A stretch of DNA of 55,117 nt, the filler included, from Jimgerdemannia flammicorona (Eukaryota), in NCBI GenBank assembly GCA_003990765.1. It is 2 parts of 2 records of this genome, joined end to end, with 100 filler letters (N's around TTAATTAATTAA, not from the genome) between each part and the next. Parts side by side here need not be neighbours in the genome. Positions count along the whole stretch, not along the records: positions 1 to 27,518 come from RBNJ01000624.1; 1 more part is not named here. One strand, 5' to 3'. Shown piece by piece: positions 12,016 to 25,488 of this stretch (positions are counted from its first letter, which is position 1; each line of letters opens with the position of its first letter). The notes beneath the pieces were generated by a model. It was not told where the DNA came from. It searched no databases and worked only from the letters and a program-made list of their open reading frames with translations. A program made the position numbers and the translations under genes.

Positions 12016-13781
12016 GGTGCTGATATATCTCTCTGCAGCTTAGATAGGTATGGGATCTGGCTCTTACTGTGGAATGGGGACCCAGCCAGTGCTAGACCTT
12101 GTGGTCCTCAGCAATTTGTTTTAGACTCCAGTTAGTGTCAGTTGCAGAAACTGTAGGAGAGGAACTTCCATCTTGGCTTCTTGAATCTTCTGCCAGACTT
12201 CATTGTAGATGTCTCTAGGCATAGTCTTTGGAGTGTATTTCTTTTTGGGCTTTGGGGTAGTAGGTTCCCATTCTTCTTGTTCCATTTATTCATTCTCTAG
12301 TAGCAACTCATTTGTCTCAGGGACAAAGAGTGAGAGAGTTCAGGGAGGTGTTTCTACTTGCTCTTCTTTATGTTCTTCATCTTCTTCTTAGATGATTCTT
12401 CTGCTGATGTTCCTGAATAGGTCTCTTCCTTTTCTCTGCTGGGTAGACTGTTTTTTGAGTAGTAATCTTGGCAGGATACAAGTCTAGATCACTGTAGTCT
12501 TCACTGGTGCTTTCCTCTTCAAAGTCTTCAACAGGATGGGCTTCAGCCTTCTTGTACTGAGTTTCATTTCTTCAGTTTGGTGGTTCTGAGTTCCTTTAGT
12601 CACTTCTTTTGTTGTCGCATTCAGTGATACAATGTCTAAATTGTCTATAGTGGAAGCATTGGACTTGGGCTCTGTCTCAGACAGGGTATCTTCTTTCTTT
12701 TTGCTGATAGTTCTTGTTATCTCTTAGTGGGTAACCTTAGTTCCTCTGTGGTGGATATCCTCTGTTGTCTTGATAACTCCAATTTTCACATGTGATGAGT
12801 TTTTCAATCTGTCCAACCAATTAGTCTAACTTAGGCTGAGGTCTTGGATTTCACTTCTGTCCTTCTTTCCTTCTTTAGCTAGCCTTCTTTATCATTCTTC
12901 TTGTCATGGTCACTCTAGGTAGTTCTTTGTCTGATATCAAAGAATCCTTAGGCTGCATCTACTTGCTCTTCAGATCTTCTGATACCTAGGGTGTAGACAT
13001 ACTGGGCAATGTTCAGATGAATTCCATTCATGAAGGTCATTGGACCTATAATGTCTTGGTTGGTTGCATGACCCAGCTGTATACATTCTCTTTTGGATTC
13101 TTGTGAAGAATGCTCTGGGCAATTCTCCAAGGTTCATTTTCATCTTTATGATGGATTCTTGAGCCTTGTGGTAGGTTTCATTTCCTGCATATTTTTTGAT
13201 GAGCCAGTAGACTATGGCTATGTATTCCAGCTTGTAGGATGCTGCTACTTATATTTGTGCTATCAGTTCTGAGTGTGGGTCATTTGTTGTTTGGTGAAAA
13301 ATTCCTCTGGCTAGTTCTCTGAGCTGGGCCTTATAGATGGTGATTTTTCTTTCATCTAAGAGATTCCTCAGAGCTGCAATTCCCTCAATTCCATTAAGAA
13401 ATTCTCTAGAATCTTCCTCTGGATATCTTGCAAAGGTTGGCAATAAGGTAGCCATTTCATTGTCACTTTCTTCTTATTCTGGTTCTGGTTCAGATTCTGA
13501 CTCTAATTTACTTTCTGAACTGTCACTGGAGATAAGAGTGCTTGGGTATCTTGAGGATAGTGTTCTGAACCTTGGATGAAGTGGAATGAGTCTAGGTATC
13601 CTTGAAGGAGCTGCTTCAAGTTCTACAAGGGCTGGTGGTAAAGGTTCAATGAGTGAGATTAGTGGGACTGCTGTTGTAAGTGCACAACCTTCAAGCTACT
13701 GAAATTGTACATCACTCTCAGAATGCCACTGAAATTACATGCAACCTCTAAACAAATCCAGAAATTACATATAAGATCATG

Positions 13782-13899
13782 AAGCTGAGTCAAACTGAAG
13801 TCACAGCATACAAAGCTGAGTCAAACTGAAGTCACAGCATACAAAGCTGAGTCAAACTGAAGTCACAGCATACAAAGCTGAGTCAACCCAAAGTCACAG
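13782..13899 (+). repeat. 31-bp tandem repeat, ~3.8 copies
   Basis: Unit aaagctgagtcaaactgaagtcacagcatac. Confidence 0.9.
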
Positions 13900-14032
13900 A
13901 ACACTAGACTTACACAAACAGAATCTTACCAATCAGGACTAAATGCATATATACTGAGCATTCAGACACATTGAAACAGAGAACCACAACAAACCAAACA
14001 AATAATCCCAACTCTTGAATATATACACAAAT

Positions 14033-15134
14033 ATGACCACTGAGATCTACAACTACATCTATGCTGACATTTGGAATACCATTGTCAACCAAGCCACACC
14101 TCCTCTGCCCCTTATGAATATATATAGCCTAGCACCCCTCTACTTTATAGAAGCCCAATGGAATGCTCTGAACATGCTTAACAAAGTCCACCAAATTGGA
14201 TAAATCTCAAGTTACTATCAGATCAACCATCTCCTAGAAGATATGGTCAAACACCACCATGATACAGACATTACCCAGATGTCTTAACACCAGAAACTCA
14301 TTGCCTGTAAACACCGAGAACTCTTCTATGAGTACAGTACTATTATTCCCTACCTCTGAGTCACTATTGCCGAAATGGTCACTACTCTGTCCTATTGTCA
14401 AATTGATGATATGATACAAGAACTCAACCATAAGTATATTAAGTATGTTCAAACTATAGACAGAACCTTCCCACACCCTGATGACCAAATTCTACAAATG
14501 CCCCAAGTTGGATATGCCATGAAGGATATCTATGATATAATCTGGTTTGACAATGATGAAGCAGAAGATAATAATCCCTCTAATACCAATATGACCTCAA
14601 GCCAAGGATCTCTGCCAACCCTGATTACCCCACCAACCTTGCTGATAAACTTACAATAGTTCATATATAACCACCTATGAGACTTATTGGAATAATGACC
14701 ACTGGTATGAGTATCAACTCATGTTCACTCCTGATTACTTCAACTACAATGAGGAGACTGGAGAACACAATCTGTACCTCCAGACAACTCTTGAGATCAA
14801 ACCAACAACTCCACCACCCAAGTATGAGTGACATAAACTACAGCTACCAGCTTACTACAACCTAGCAACTCATAGTGCCATAACTTATAGAAGATACGCA
14901 GATAGTGAATCTGATGAAAGTGAAGATGATATACCCCTCCTTCACTCACCAACTCCATACCCAGTATATAAGATAGATGATGCTATTCTATAGAACAGTG
15001 ACAAGGTTCCAATATATTACTACATGAGTGAACAAGGAGAAGTAATCCAAGAAGCACTCTTTATAGATGACTACTTCATCAGAGATGATGTCATCGATGG
15101 TAATATCATTGAAGACTACCCAGACAGCATCTAA
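14033..15134 (+). pseudogene. Decayed ORF of unknown function (Tyr/Asp/Pro-rich, ~365 codons)
   Basis: ORFs 14015-14203 and 14375-14659 share a frame. After one frameshift it continues as YWNNDHWYEYQL...SESDESEDD...DDYFIRDDVIDGNIIEDYPDSI*. Confidence 0.5.
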
Positions 15135-15839
15135 ATCTATAGATAGCTCAGCAGTCATTAGTATAGTTAGATTAGCATTATACAATGTGACTGTGAACTG
15201 ACTCAGCAGTCAGATGATCTCTTGACATATCAGATCACACTTGTACTATGTGACTATATTCTGACTCAGCAAGACACTAAGTGCTATATCTATATTTAGT
15301 ATAGTCCAGATAGCCTCTTATTAGTATAAATACCCCCTCCCCCAGACCTCAGAATCTCAGACTTGAATACACAGAACATTCCAGACACATAGAACATTCC
15401 AAACACCTCCTGAACACTTCCCCAATATCCCCTCACATAGCTACTTCTAGTATAGTAATATCATAAATAGCAAATAAACCTATTTAATAATCCACAAACC
15501 ACTCTTAAGTAAATCTTCTCCCCATTAGGTCCTACTCCTAAGCCCATTATAAAATTTCCTAATTGGGTATTGTCTGCAGTGATATACTAATTCAACTAAG
15601 CTGATCTTAGTTTCTTGAACTTCCTGAAATATGGAAAATCCTGAACATTCAAAACTAGTCCAAAAAAGGACTTTGGTTGAGACATCAACCCGATCTTGAA
15701 ATCAATAAGTATAGAGGATGTACTCCATATGAAATTGATCTTGACCTTAAGAAAACAGTCTTCCAGAATATCTAAAACTTCCAAAAAACCCTTCCAGAAC
15801 TACATAATGGTTATCTTAATAAGTAACCCTCTTACAACT

Positions 15840-15851
15840 TAGTAGCAGTGG
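15840..15851 (+). promoter_or_regulatory. Decayed tRNA-iMet primer-binding site
   Basis: TAGTAGCAGTGG just after TTACA reads as TGGTAGCG... with G>A changes. The same motif follows the Gypsy 3 LTR at 35760. Confidence 0.6.
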
Positions 15852-17852
15852 TTTACAATCCAATTCTGCTTCAAGATGCTTCCTCACCCTGCTATAAACC
15901 TCTCTGAGAATTCCTACAAGTTGATATAAAGCCCAACCTCTGACCTGGAATTTATCACAAATCATCTAACAATCTGAAGAGAATTGTATCTGATGTATAA
16001 GGACAATTTGACCTCCACATCTACAATAAGTGGAACAGACTTTATTCACAAAAAGAAGTACTCAAATTAAATCAGCAGATAGACAAAACCCTATTCACTG
16101 AACTTCTTACTCTACACCCCACAAGTCAAGATGAAGAAGATCTTATAGAAGCCTTCTTTACTCTACTCAACAAGAGTTTTGTCAGCTCTATAAATCCAAG
16201 TAACCTAGGACAACCAGCAGCAACCTTTCTAGCCTTAGTTCCTCATGAAGCCTAAGCCTCTATAGCCAAGTGGCTCAACTCTACTGATTATCACTGCACC
16301 AGGACCAAGACCACCTTATACTACTGCTTCCAGAATTGTAAGGCCTGCCATATTCTTAAAGAAGAAGCAAGAGAAACCCTTCATCAACTACCTGATCCTG
16401 AATCTGAAGTAGGCCCAGCTATAGTCCCTCCTGAAACCAATACTCATACTAAACCAGATCAAACTCTTGAATTAAGTCCATCTGAAATCTGATATATAAC
16501 CAATACTATCTACTTTGATGTCAAGTAAACCTAATTATATAAGGACCAAACCAAAGAGGAGGAGGAGTATCTCAGTGAATTCAATCCTGGATATACTATA
16601 GAAAGAGACACACCTCCATTAGGGCAAAACACACCTACATAGTAACAGACAGCTATCCATCAAGCCCTTACACCAGACCCACAACAGTTACTCCAGCAGC
16701 TTACACAGACTCAAAGAACACTATCACACTCTGCACCAGTACCTTAAGTAGTACTAGTAACATTACTACCAGTAGTCCAATCATCTCTAATAAACAATAT
16801 GGCAAATCAACAAATTCTAGACCTCACAGCACAAGTAGCCATAATAGTAGCAATCATTACTGTCTTAGTCAAACAGACCTGATCAACCAAAAATCTGAGC
16901 CTACCTACCTTCAATGGTACTGCACAAGAAGTCCAAAGCTTCATTAGTATAGTTGACACTAATTTTGAAGCCAACCAATAGACCAATGAGCAAGTTGCTG
17001 ACTACCTTCTAACAAACAATCAAGACCACACTCTGGAACAACTCTTTGCTACTACTACAGCCTATGTCCATAGAGTTCCAAGAACCTGCTGAAGAATGGT
17101 GGTGAACTCTTCCTGAAAACCCTCTCACATGGGATACCTGACCTGCAGTAGTTGCCCAGAATATAGCAAATAATACCCCAGGATATGAAAACCATTCTGC
17201 AGTCCCTAGACTCAAACAACTCATGATTGCTCAATATTGCAGCAAAACAATGATTGCCAAATCTTGAGTAAAACTCTGCAACCTCAAGTTTGATATATAT
17301 GGTAAAGAAGAATTCAAAACCTTCTGTACAAAACTCGAGTCACTTCTGAACACCATTGGCCTAGGATATATTGCCAATGATGAAGTACAAAATGGTACAA
17401 GAGCAGACCATTTGTTCGATGCACTACCCAAATGGCTTATAAGAAAAATTCAAGAATAAGGACACTCAGTTGGTTGTGATCACCAACAATGGTGCCTGAC
17501 AAGAATCAAGACTATGGTCAAGTGAATCCTAACAGCTGGACCAATTCTGCCTTGAAGACAATTCAATAATAAGGAAAAGACTTGGATCAAGAAAGAAGAA
17601 CCCAAGCATAAAGCATCCTGAGCTCCCTTTACATCCACCTCTTGGATACTATAAAATCCTGAACCTATACAGCTAAGTACCTTCAAGAAACTCACAGAAG
17701 GAGAAAGAAATGAACTCTGCAGAAGTGGAGCATGCTTCTATTGCTGAAAGACAGGATACATGGCCAGTGTCTGCCCCAACCAAAAACCCCAAACAGCAAC
17801 ATGAGCAACTGTTACTACCCTGCACCACCTCAATAATCTGACCACCAAGACA

Positions 17853-18262
17853 GTAGACTTTGTCAAGTTAAGGCAAACTGCCAAGGCCCCAACCAAAGGA
17901 AGTCAAAAAGCAGCCAGATATGATCTAGATGCAGCTGAAGATGCTACAGTCTCCAACTGAGAAGTTAAGCAAGTTTATACAGGAATTAGCATCCAAATTC
18001 CCAAAGGATATGTTGGAAGAATATATTGTTAAAGCAGCCTAGCATTGAAAGAACTCTCAGTAGAAGAAGGAGTCATTGATGAGAATTATACAGGCAAAAT
18101 CATAGTCCTCATCTGGAACTATAGTTGGACACCATTCATGATTCCTATTGGTTTCTATATTGCCCAGATCCTATTCAAGAAAATCGAATCAACTCTGATA
18201 GTCAAGGAAGTCCCTGAACTACTGCCTATCATCCAAGGATTAAAGGGATTTGGCTCATCAAA
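17853..18262 (+). pseudogene. Retroelement dUTPase (between NC knuckle and protease), Gypsy 2
   Basis: AARYDLDAAE...YTGISIQIPKGYVGRIYC*SSLALK..VEEGVIDENYTGKI...IAQIL...GLKGFGSSN. Confidence 0.85.
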
Positions 18263-20295
18263 CAAGGCCCCAATCCAACCTACCATGAATAAGGAAGAAT
18301 AATTCTACAAGAAAATCAAAGATAGATTTGTACCAAGTGGCTGATTTCTCCATGGCATTAGAATGTACTCTTCCTGAATAATTGATGATTGCTTCTCTTG
18401 TGTCAATGAACTGGCCCAAAGAAGAACCAATAGAAGAAAAGCTCCTACAACCAAAATCACCTGCATTGAATCAGACAAACTACTTACACTCTAAGTCTTT
18501 ATCAATCAAGTATTTGTCAAGATTATGATAGACAGTAGAGCCTCAGACAACTTCATCAATGAAGAAACAGCCAACAGACTCAAGGTCCTGACCTCTCCAG
18601 TACAACAGACTTAAGCAGTTGCTATAGCTGATAGAACCTCTCATATCATTAGCAAGGAAGTCTGTAACCTACCCTTCCAAATTAGTGACTATCAAGTATA
18701 TGTTACCCTCCAGATTGTACCACTTTCTGACATGAAATTTTTCTTGGAACCCTATGATTGATTGGGTAAACCATTCCCTAACCATCAAGAAAGGATGCCA
18801 TAACTTCAAACTGTAAGGCAAAAGAGATCCACTCAGTTCCTGTGACCCTGGACCAAAGATCACCCACATCAACAAGCTATAACTCAAGAAATTGGCCAAG
18901 AAATGCCCTCTCTTTGCTATCTCCATCCGACCATCCAAAGGAGAATCCAAGAACTCTGAAGAAGATTTTTCCAAAGTTGATAGCCATGTCAGACCCCTAC
19001 TTCCGAAATTCTGAGACATATTTCCAAAGAAACTCCCAAAAGGCCTACCACCTAAATGAGTAGTAGACCATGTCATTAAGACCATCCCAGATGCCAAGCC
19101 AGCCTTCAAGTCAATCTATCATATGTCTCTGAGAGAAATTGATGTACTCAAGAAAGAGATTGATGAACTCTTAGAACAAGAATTCATTAGACCCAGTGTA
19201 TTACTCTATGGTATACTAGTCCTCTTTGTTGTCAAGAAAGGAGGAGACCTATGAATGTATATTGATTACCAAGATCTCAATGAACAGACCATCAAGAACT
19301 GTTGCCCACTACCCTGAATTGATGAAATATTTGATAGATTTACTAATCCACAATTTATGAGCTCTTTTGACCTGTAAAATAGTTACTGGCAAATTGCCAT
19401 GAAAGAAGAAGATATCTACAAGACAGTCTTCCAAACCCACTATAGACATTTTGAGTTTCTAGTTATGCCTTTTGGCTTAACTAATGCTTCTGCAACCTTC
19501 CAGATACTGATGAATACTATCCTATACCTATACCTGGACAAATTTGTTATTGTCTACATCAATGACATCCTAGTCTTCAGCAAAACCCTGGAAGAACATC
19601 TTGAATACCTTGAACTAGTACTACTGAAACTCTGAGAAAACAGACTCTTGCAAAACTCAGTAAATGTGAATTTCTTCTGAAGAAAATTCAATTTCTTAGA
19701 TACATTGTTACTCCCAATAGAATCAAAGTAGACCCCAGCAAAATCTCTGCAATCAAGGAATGGCCCAGACCTAAGAAGTTGAAAGACCTCCAGTTATTCC
19801 TAGGACTAGCAAACTACTACTGGCAATTTGTTGCAAATAGTGCTCCAAATGAGTCAATTGGAATAAAATCTGGATTTGATTTGTCACATGATGGTTTGAT
19901 CCAAATCTCAAATCCAAAGCCATCCAAATCAACTTGGATTAATCCTAATCACTCCATCCGAATTACCCTATCTGAATTATCCATCTGAATCACTCCATCC
20001 AAACCACTCCATCTGAACAACTCAATCTTAATTATTCAATCTGAATCACTCAATCTGAATCACTCAATTTGAATTACTCAATCTGAATCACTCAATCTGA
20101 ATCCTCCAATTCAAATCCTCTAATTCAAATTCTCTAATTCAAATACTTCAATCCAAATCCTCATCCAAATCCTTCAATCAAATCCTCCAATCCAAATTCT
20201 CTATTCCAAATCCTCCACATGACTCATATGTCAGATGCATCCATATATACAATATATACACACATGCAAACACATACATATGCACACACAAATAC

Positions 20296-22903
20296 ATATC
20301 AACAGATCAGTCTTCAACAGTTCACAGAATTAATGATGCTTCAAGTCAAACATCCCTAATAGTTCCACACCTTCTATGCAATCCTTGCTCCGAAATCTGG
20401 CAACATTGTGCTAAAATAGGAGATGATGTTATTTGTAATTATTGCAGGTAAAAAATTAAGATACACCTATTGATATAACTGAGACTTTTGTTTGACACAC
20501 ATGATACTGTTTCATTCACGACCATAAACTGCACCAGCCAGAAGTTCAAAATGCTTGGTGGTATAACTTCGAATATTGACACATAAAAGACAAACACTCT
20601 GACAAAATCAAAAAGAATACAGAGACAAATAAAATCAACATCCAAGCTGTGGTGGGTATGTTTATCCAATTGCCTGACCATTTCTGTATCAATAACCCCA
20701 TTTAATCAAAAATATTTAGCCATACTCTTCAGCAGAATTTCGAAATTGGCTTATTTGCTGAATTGTATACACAGACCAGCCATTCACAATCATCAAGAGT
20801 GATCAATTATATAGCATCTTTGGCCTCCTCAAGCATGACTTATATTTGCCAAGTACCAATACTATTTGCAAAGATGTCCTGGAGGCCTATAGGAAGGAGT
20901 ACAACAACCTCCACCAGATACTTCAGATAAAATAAAGGTAGCACTATGACCTTTGCAAGCTGAATTATATATATATTTTTATAAAGAGCTCACCAATTTA
21001 ACCTCACATTCAATAAGCAGAATTCAGCAGGCAAAATTTCATTTATAATCAATACATGGATATCCCCCAATGCAATTTCATTTCTGGGTATTACTGATCA
21101 TTAGATTGACCTTGATTGGTAGCTTAAATCTCTCATCCTTGACTTCATCAAACTTACTGACCCTCATTCTGAAGATAACATCACAGATGCTTTTATTAGT
21201 TGTATTCAGGAGCTTGGGATCACAACCAAGATAAAAGAGGGGGGCTTGCTGTCAGATTGGTGTTTTGAGAGAGGTCCTAAAACAAAACAGATTTTAATGG
21301 TTATTTATTTTCACATAAATTCGCTGACTAAATATTTCAAGTATAGATTTTGATCATTATGACAGACAATACCACAAACAACTCAATATTTTTCCAAGTT
21401 TTAGTGGCCAGCCTTAAATAGAAAAATGTGGCCTTCAGTACAGAAAGCTGTCATGTGCGATGCCAGGCCCATGTACTGAACCTCACTGTTCAGGACTATC
21501 TTACACATGTAGACAAAACATCTGAGAGAGGAGAGGCCCTGAGTATAATTTTCAAGCTACGCAAATTGGTTATATCAGTCCAATCATCACCACAATAATG
21601 AGACAAATTCACTATACAGTGTAAAGCAATTAGTTTAGCCCTGAAAGAGCTTATATTGGACATCTGTATGTATCGGAACTCAATATTTGCAATGATCCAG
21701 CATATGCTGGAGTTTGCTGTAGTATGCATCCTTTTTTCTTTAGTTGGCTGAAGTAACTTGTTTCGGATAATTGAAGAATTTTTTTAAAAAAAAACAAAAA
21801 ACAAAAAACAAAAAACAAAAAACAAAAAAAGTTAATAGATTCAATGGTGGCTACTGATAAGGAAATATGGGGCAAGGCTCTAGGTGAAAGCAAGTGGGAC
21901 ATACTTAGAAATGTTGTCAGAGTTTTGGAAGTAAGTGGTGATTTCTCTGGCTCCACACTCATTTTGTCTGCCTCTATACAATGCAATACCTCACCATATA
22001 TAACTGTCAGTGTTTTGATGATTATATGAAGGATATAGTCAAACAAATGACCCTGACAATAAGCTCTGAAATACTAGTATATAACCTTCTGATTGACTAG
22101 CTAGAGGACAAGCTTGAGGACAGGCTAGAGGGTTGTAGTGATTTACAGTTAAGCCTGGATCAGAGAGATACTATGGAGGTTACTCTAAGTAAGCTCAGAA
22201 AATACTACTCCAAAACAGATACTGCCATATACTCAATCAGTACAGATATATCAGCATATGGTTGTTGCCCCTTCCAAAACAGAGAAATCCCTATAAAAAA
22301 TCACTCTCTTTTTCTCCAAACAGTGCTGGACCCATGCTTAAAGCTACAATACCATAAAGATTAGGGCTGAGAGCAGCACTTCATTGGGAGAACCAAGCAG
22401 GCCATAATTGAAGTGTACTGGAAAAACTATACACTGCCACAAGGTTCTGGCTGAAGTTTGGATGAATATGCTGAGAGATTCCTTCTGTCCCACATTTACT
22501 TCAGCAGAAAGAGGAAGAGAGAGCCATTAGTGGAAGAGCTGCCATCAATAGATGAACTTACCATTTACCTCACCAGCGACCATGTGATCCTGCTGGAGGA
22601 TGCAAAGGTACTCAACTGATAGAAGGTAAGTTGTCAGGCAGACGTTGGGCCAATTTAACCCACCAATCTAACTACCGCTCTACCCACTGCTTTATCCACC
22701 AGAGCATGCAGCTACATCAAATGGACTTCCCCAGTCTGTGTGGTATGGCTTGGGACTACCTGGCAATTCCTGCCTCCAGCACTCCTGTTGAGTGGGTGTT
22801 CTCAAGTGGGGTGGACCTCATTGCCCCAAAGAGGTGTGTGCTGAATACTGAGACAATCTGAGCATATATATGTCTGAAGTCTTGGTGGGGCTCAGGCTGC
22901 TAA
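20296..22903 (+). pseudogene. hAT transposase, multi-exon (BED finger, DDE core, C-terminal dimerisation domain), copy A
   Basis: EIWQH...CNYC, WISPNAISFLGIT, TDN, RCQAHVLNL, RNSIFAM, VLDP, DYLAIPASSTPVEWVFS...CLKSWW. Confidence 0.88.
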
Positions 22904-23019
22904 AATTTGGTGAGTCCTGGGGATTCGTGGACAAGTTGGTTGGCCTTGTAGAATATTTAACACCTTTCAAAAATAAAAAGGAAAAAAAACCTGAGGACTC
23001 AGCTTGGAGTTTGTAGGGC

Positions 23020-23640
23020 AGTGGTCAGCAGAGAGAGCATGCAAAATTTGTGGCCCTCTGCCAGCAGCAAGGAGTATCTCCAAGCTACCAGTACTTGGGT
23101 TGGTGGGTGAGTTGGTGGGTACAGAGTTGGCAGAGAGAGTATGCAAAATTTGCAGCTCTCTGCTGACAGCAAGAGGTAACCCTAAGCTGCAAGTGTCCAG
23201 AATAGGGGGGTAGGTAGAGGGAGCATGCAAAATTTGTGGCCCTCTGCCAGTAGTGAGGGGCAGCCCCAAGCTGTCAGTGCCTGGGTTGGTTGGTGGGGTC
23301 AGTTGACAGGATCAGTTGGCATGGGGTCAGTGGAGAGAGTGCACAAAATTTGCAGCCCTCTGCTAGTGGCAAGGGGCAGCCCCAAGCCACAAGTATCCAG
23401 GGTGGGCAGGGCAGGCAGAGGGGCTCCCCCCAGAAGCCTGTGTCTGGGCCGAGGGTCAGTGGAGAGAGTGTGCAAAATTTGCAGCCCTTCACCAGCAGTA
23501 TAAGGGCAACCCCAAGCCACCAAGGAGTCCAAGTATGGGTTGGAAGGTGCTTCTGATGGTCAGAGGGTGCTTCTGGTGGTCAGAGGGTACTTCTGGCAGT
23601 CAGAGGGCATTTCTGGCAGTCAGAGGTTACTTCCGGTGAT
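23020..23640. repeat. Internal tandem repeats of hAT copy A (~90-130-bp units, then ~20-bp units)
   Basis: gagagagcatgcaaaatttgtggccctctgcc...ccccaagc occurs about 5 times; cttctggtggtcagagggt about 4 times. Confidence 0.8.
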
Positions 23641-23920
23641 TGAAGTCCACCACAGATTTAGGCTCCATTGCCAGTTCAGGTCCCACAGGCACCCTGGCCC
23701 TGCACCATAGTGTTACACCAGCAGTACTACAGAGCAGGATGAAGGGGCCAGTAGGACCTGGCATAATGGCTAAACTAGTACTACAGAAGAGGTGCCCAGC
23801 TACCAGCCCAACCTGTACAAAATGACTGCCGAACTCTTATGAAAAATTACCTAACCCTTACAAAAGATTGCCTAACCCTCACAAAAAATTGTCAAACCCT
23901 TACAAAAGATTGCTGAACCC

Positions 23921-25488
23921 TCACGAAAACTGCTCCACCTGCAAATCCCAGGCCTTGATGAGCCAGTCATCTGTTATAAGTGTGACAACTATTGTGTCTG
24001 AGCTCTCCTTGAAGATGACAGTACCATAGTGGTTATGTGGTTGGAATAGGACAGCTGTGTTGGCCACAAATGGGACCCTGAAACTATAGGTGAGATCATA
24101 CCAAACTTCGCCACTATCCTCTCAGATTGGGCCCTTCCTTTTCAGGACATAGAATATTATCAGGGTAATGTTGTTATCTGTGTGTATGGATAGAGAAATG
24201 TTGTGCCCAATGTATCCTGATGTGACACAAGCATACAGTTGGGTGAACCCTTGGCCCAGGACCTCATACTGCCAGGCTGTGCTGGTGGATGCCTGCTCTT
24301 GGTCCAGCCCCAGGAGTCCCAGCTTGGAAACCTGCCAAAACAAACAGCATCTGGTCAGTCCTTTTTGTATGTAGGGGGGCAGAAATCCCCTGGACCACAG
24401 AAACCCCCCAGGTCCCAAATAAAAGCAGAGCTCCTCACCTCATACAGTATGCTAAATTGTGCCAAGAATGTACATACAGCCATACTGAGATCACCACCAA
24501 GCTAGTCTGCTGTACACTCTACCAATCTGCTCAAAGAACCCCAGATCATAGCTGCCATCACTGCACAGGCCGTGTCATGCTCATGTGCAGTTTGCTCTTT
24601 GATGGCACTTCTAAAGTTCCAGTAGAGGTACAGAATCTTGTGCATCCCTGGAATTGTATCAAAAAAGAGTATGTTGGCAAAGAGTGTGATTATCTAGTGA
24701 GGAGTAAAAAAAAGAGAGATGAGTGCAGGGGATTTCAGAACTCCAGAACCCACCCTTCACCAGTGTTGCAGTATACTCAATTCCCATCCAAACCCCCCCT
24801 CTTTGCTTTTTTCATCCCCTCTTTCCTGCCACCTGGTATTTGATACAATCCTTGCAAACCTCATTGATGTGGTGGTGAAGCTTGTCACTATAGAGGTTCC
24901 TTATCACCATCACAACCACCTCTTTATGTTCATTAATAATAATATAGTTCTCTTCATCATTGGTTACTCCTGCTGGCCAATAGACCTCTTGGTCAAGAAT
25001 AATTGGCTCTGATTCAAATGTAGACCCCCAAGCCTTGATGATGATACTGGTACTACTTATGGTGAACATCTTGCCCTTGAATTTCTCTATTTGGTCAGAT
25101 GCTAGATGTGGTTGAACTTGGGTAACTTTGAACTCTTCTTTTTAATAGAACTGAGCTCTGATCTGTGGGGCCAAGATAAGAATGCAGATGGGTTGCATGT
25201 AGATGGGTTGTGTGCAGATGGATTGCATGCAGATGGGTTGTATGTGGATATCATGTGGGTGTTTTTAGAGAGAGACCATATAAAAAAAATGAAGTTAAAT
25301 AAAACACGGAGATGGGTATTTTAGAAAAAGAGCTTGAGTGAGTGAGTTGCATACCAATGAGTTGCAAGATTGCTCATAAAGGCTTGCTTCTGTTCCTTTT
25401 GAGACTTCTGCCACATGATGTATTGACTCAACAACTCAGCCACCAAAGGCATACCCCACAACATCTGCCAGCCTTTCTTTATCTTGAC
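23921..25488 (-). pseudogene. hAT cargo gene copy A: TET/JBP-like Fe(II)/2OG dioxygenase (5' part cut off by copy B)
   Basis: TSGYIGHNISLSIHTDNN...EDSGEVWYDLTYSFRVPFVANTAVLFQPHNHYGTV; same intron positions as copy C. Confidence 0.7.

Larger units (their letters stand above)
9397..13674 (-). mobile_element. Ty3/Gypsy fragment 1 (gag-PR-spacer-dUTPase-start of RT), truncated at both ends
   Basis: gag start MATLLPTFARYPEEDSREFL (13455); decayed CCHC knuckle ~12600-12670; protease ILIDTGA ~11960-11990; dUTPase ~9960-10370; pre-RT LVELLNKYQDIF ~9465-9500. Confidence 0.82.
15186..19837 (+). mobile_element. Ty3/Gypsy element 2 (LTR-PBS-gag-NC-dUTPase-PR-RT), cut by hAT insertion; LTR may start as early as 13675
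   Basis: TG at 15186, TATAAATA ~15324, AATAAA ~15473, ...TTACA 15836. Knuckle GACFYC*KTGYMASVCP ~17728-17780; protease MIDSRAS ~18525; RT VMPFGLTNA and VYINDILVFS; FLGLANYY immediately before the hAT TIR. Confidence 0.85.
19838..25488 (+). mobile_element. hAT transposon copy A (right end displaced by nested copy B)
   Basis: Starts TAGTGCTCCAAATGAGTC; subterminal GAATCACTCAATC repeats; colinear with the reverse complement of complete copy C. Confidence 0.9.

Noticed and set aside
13782..13899. 31-bp repeats resembling a CRISPR array
   Set aside because: Head-to-tail repeats with no spacers, in a eukaryotic TE context.
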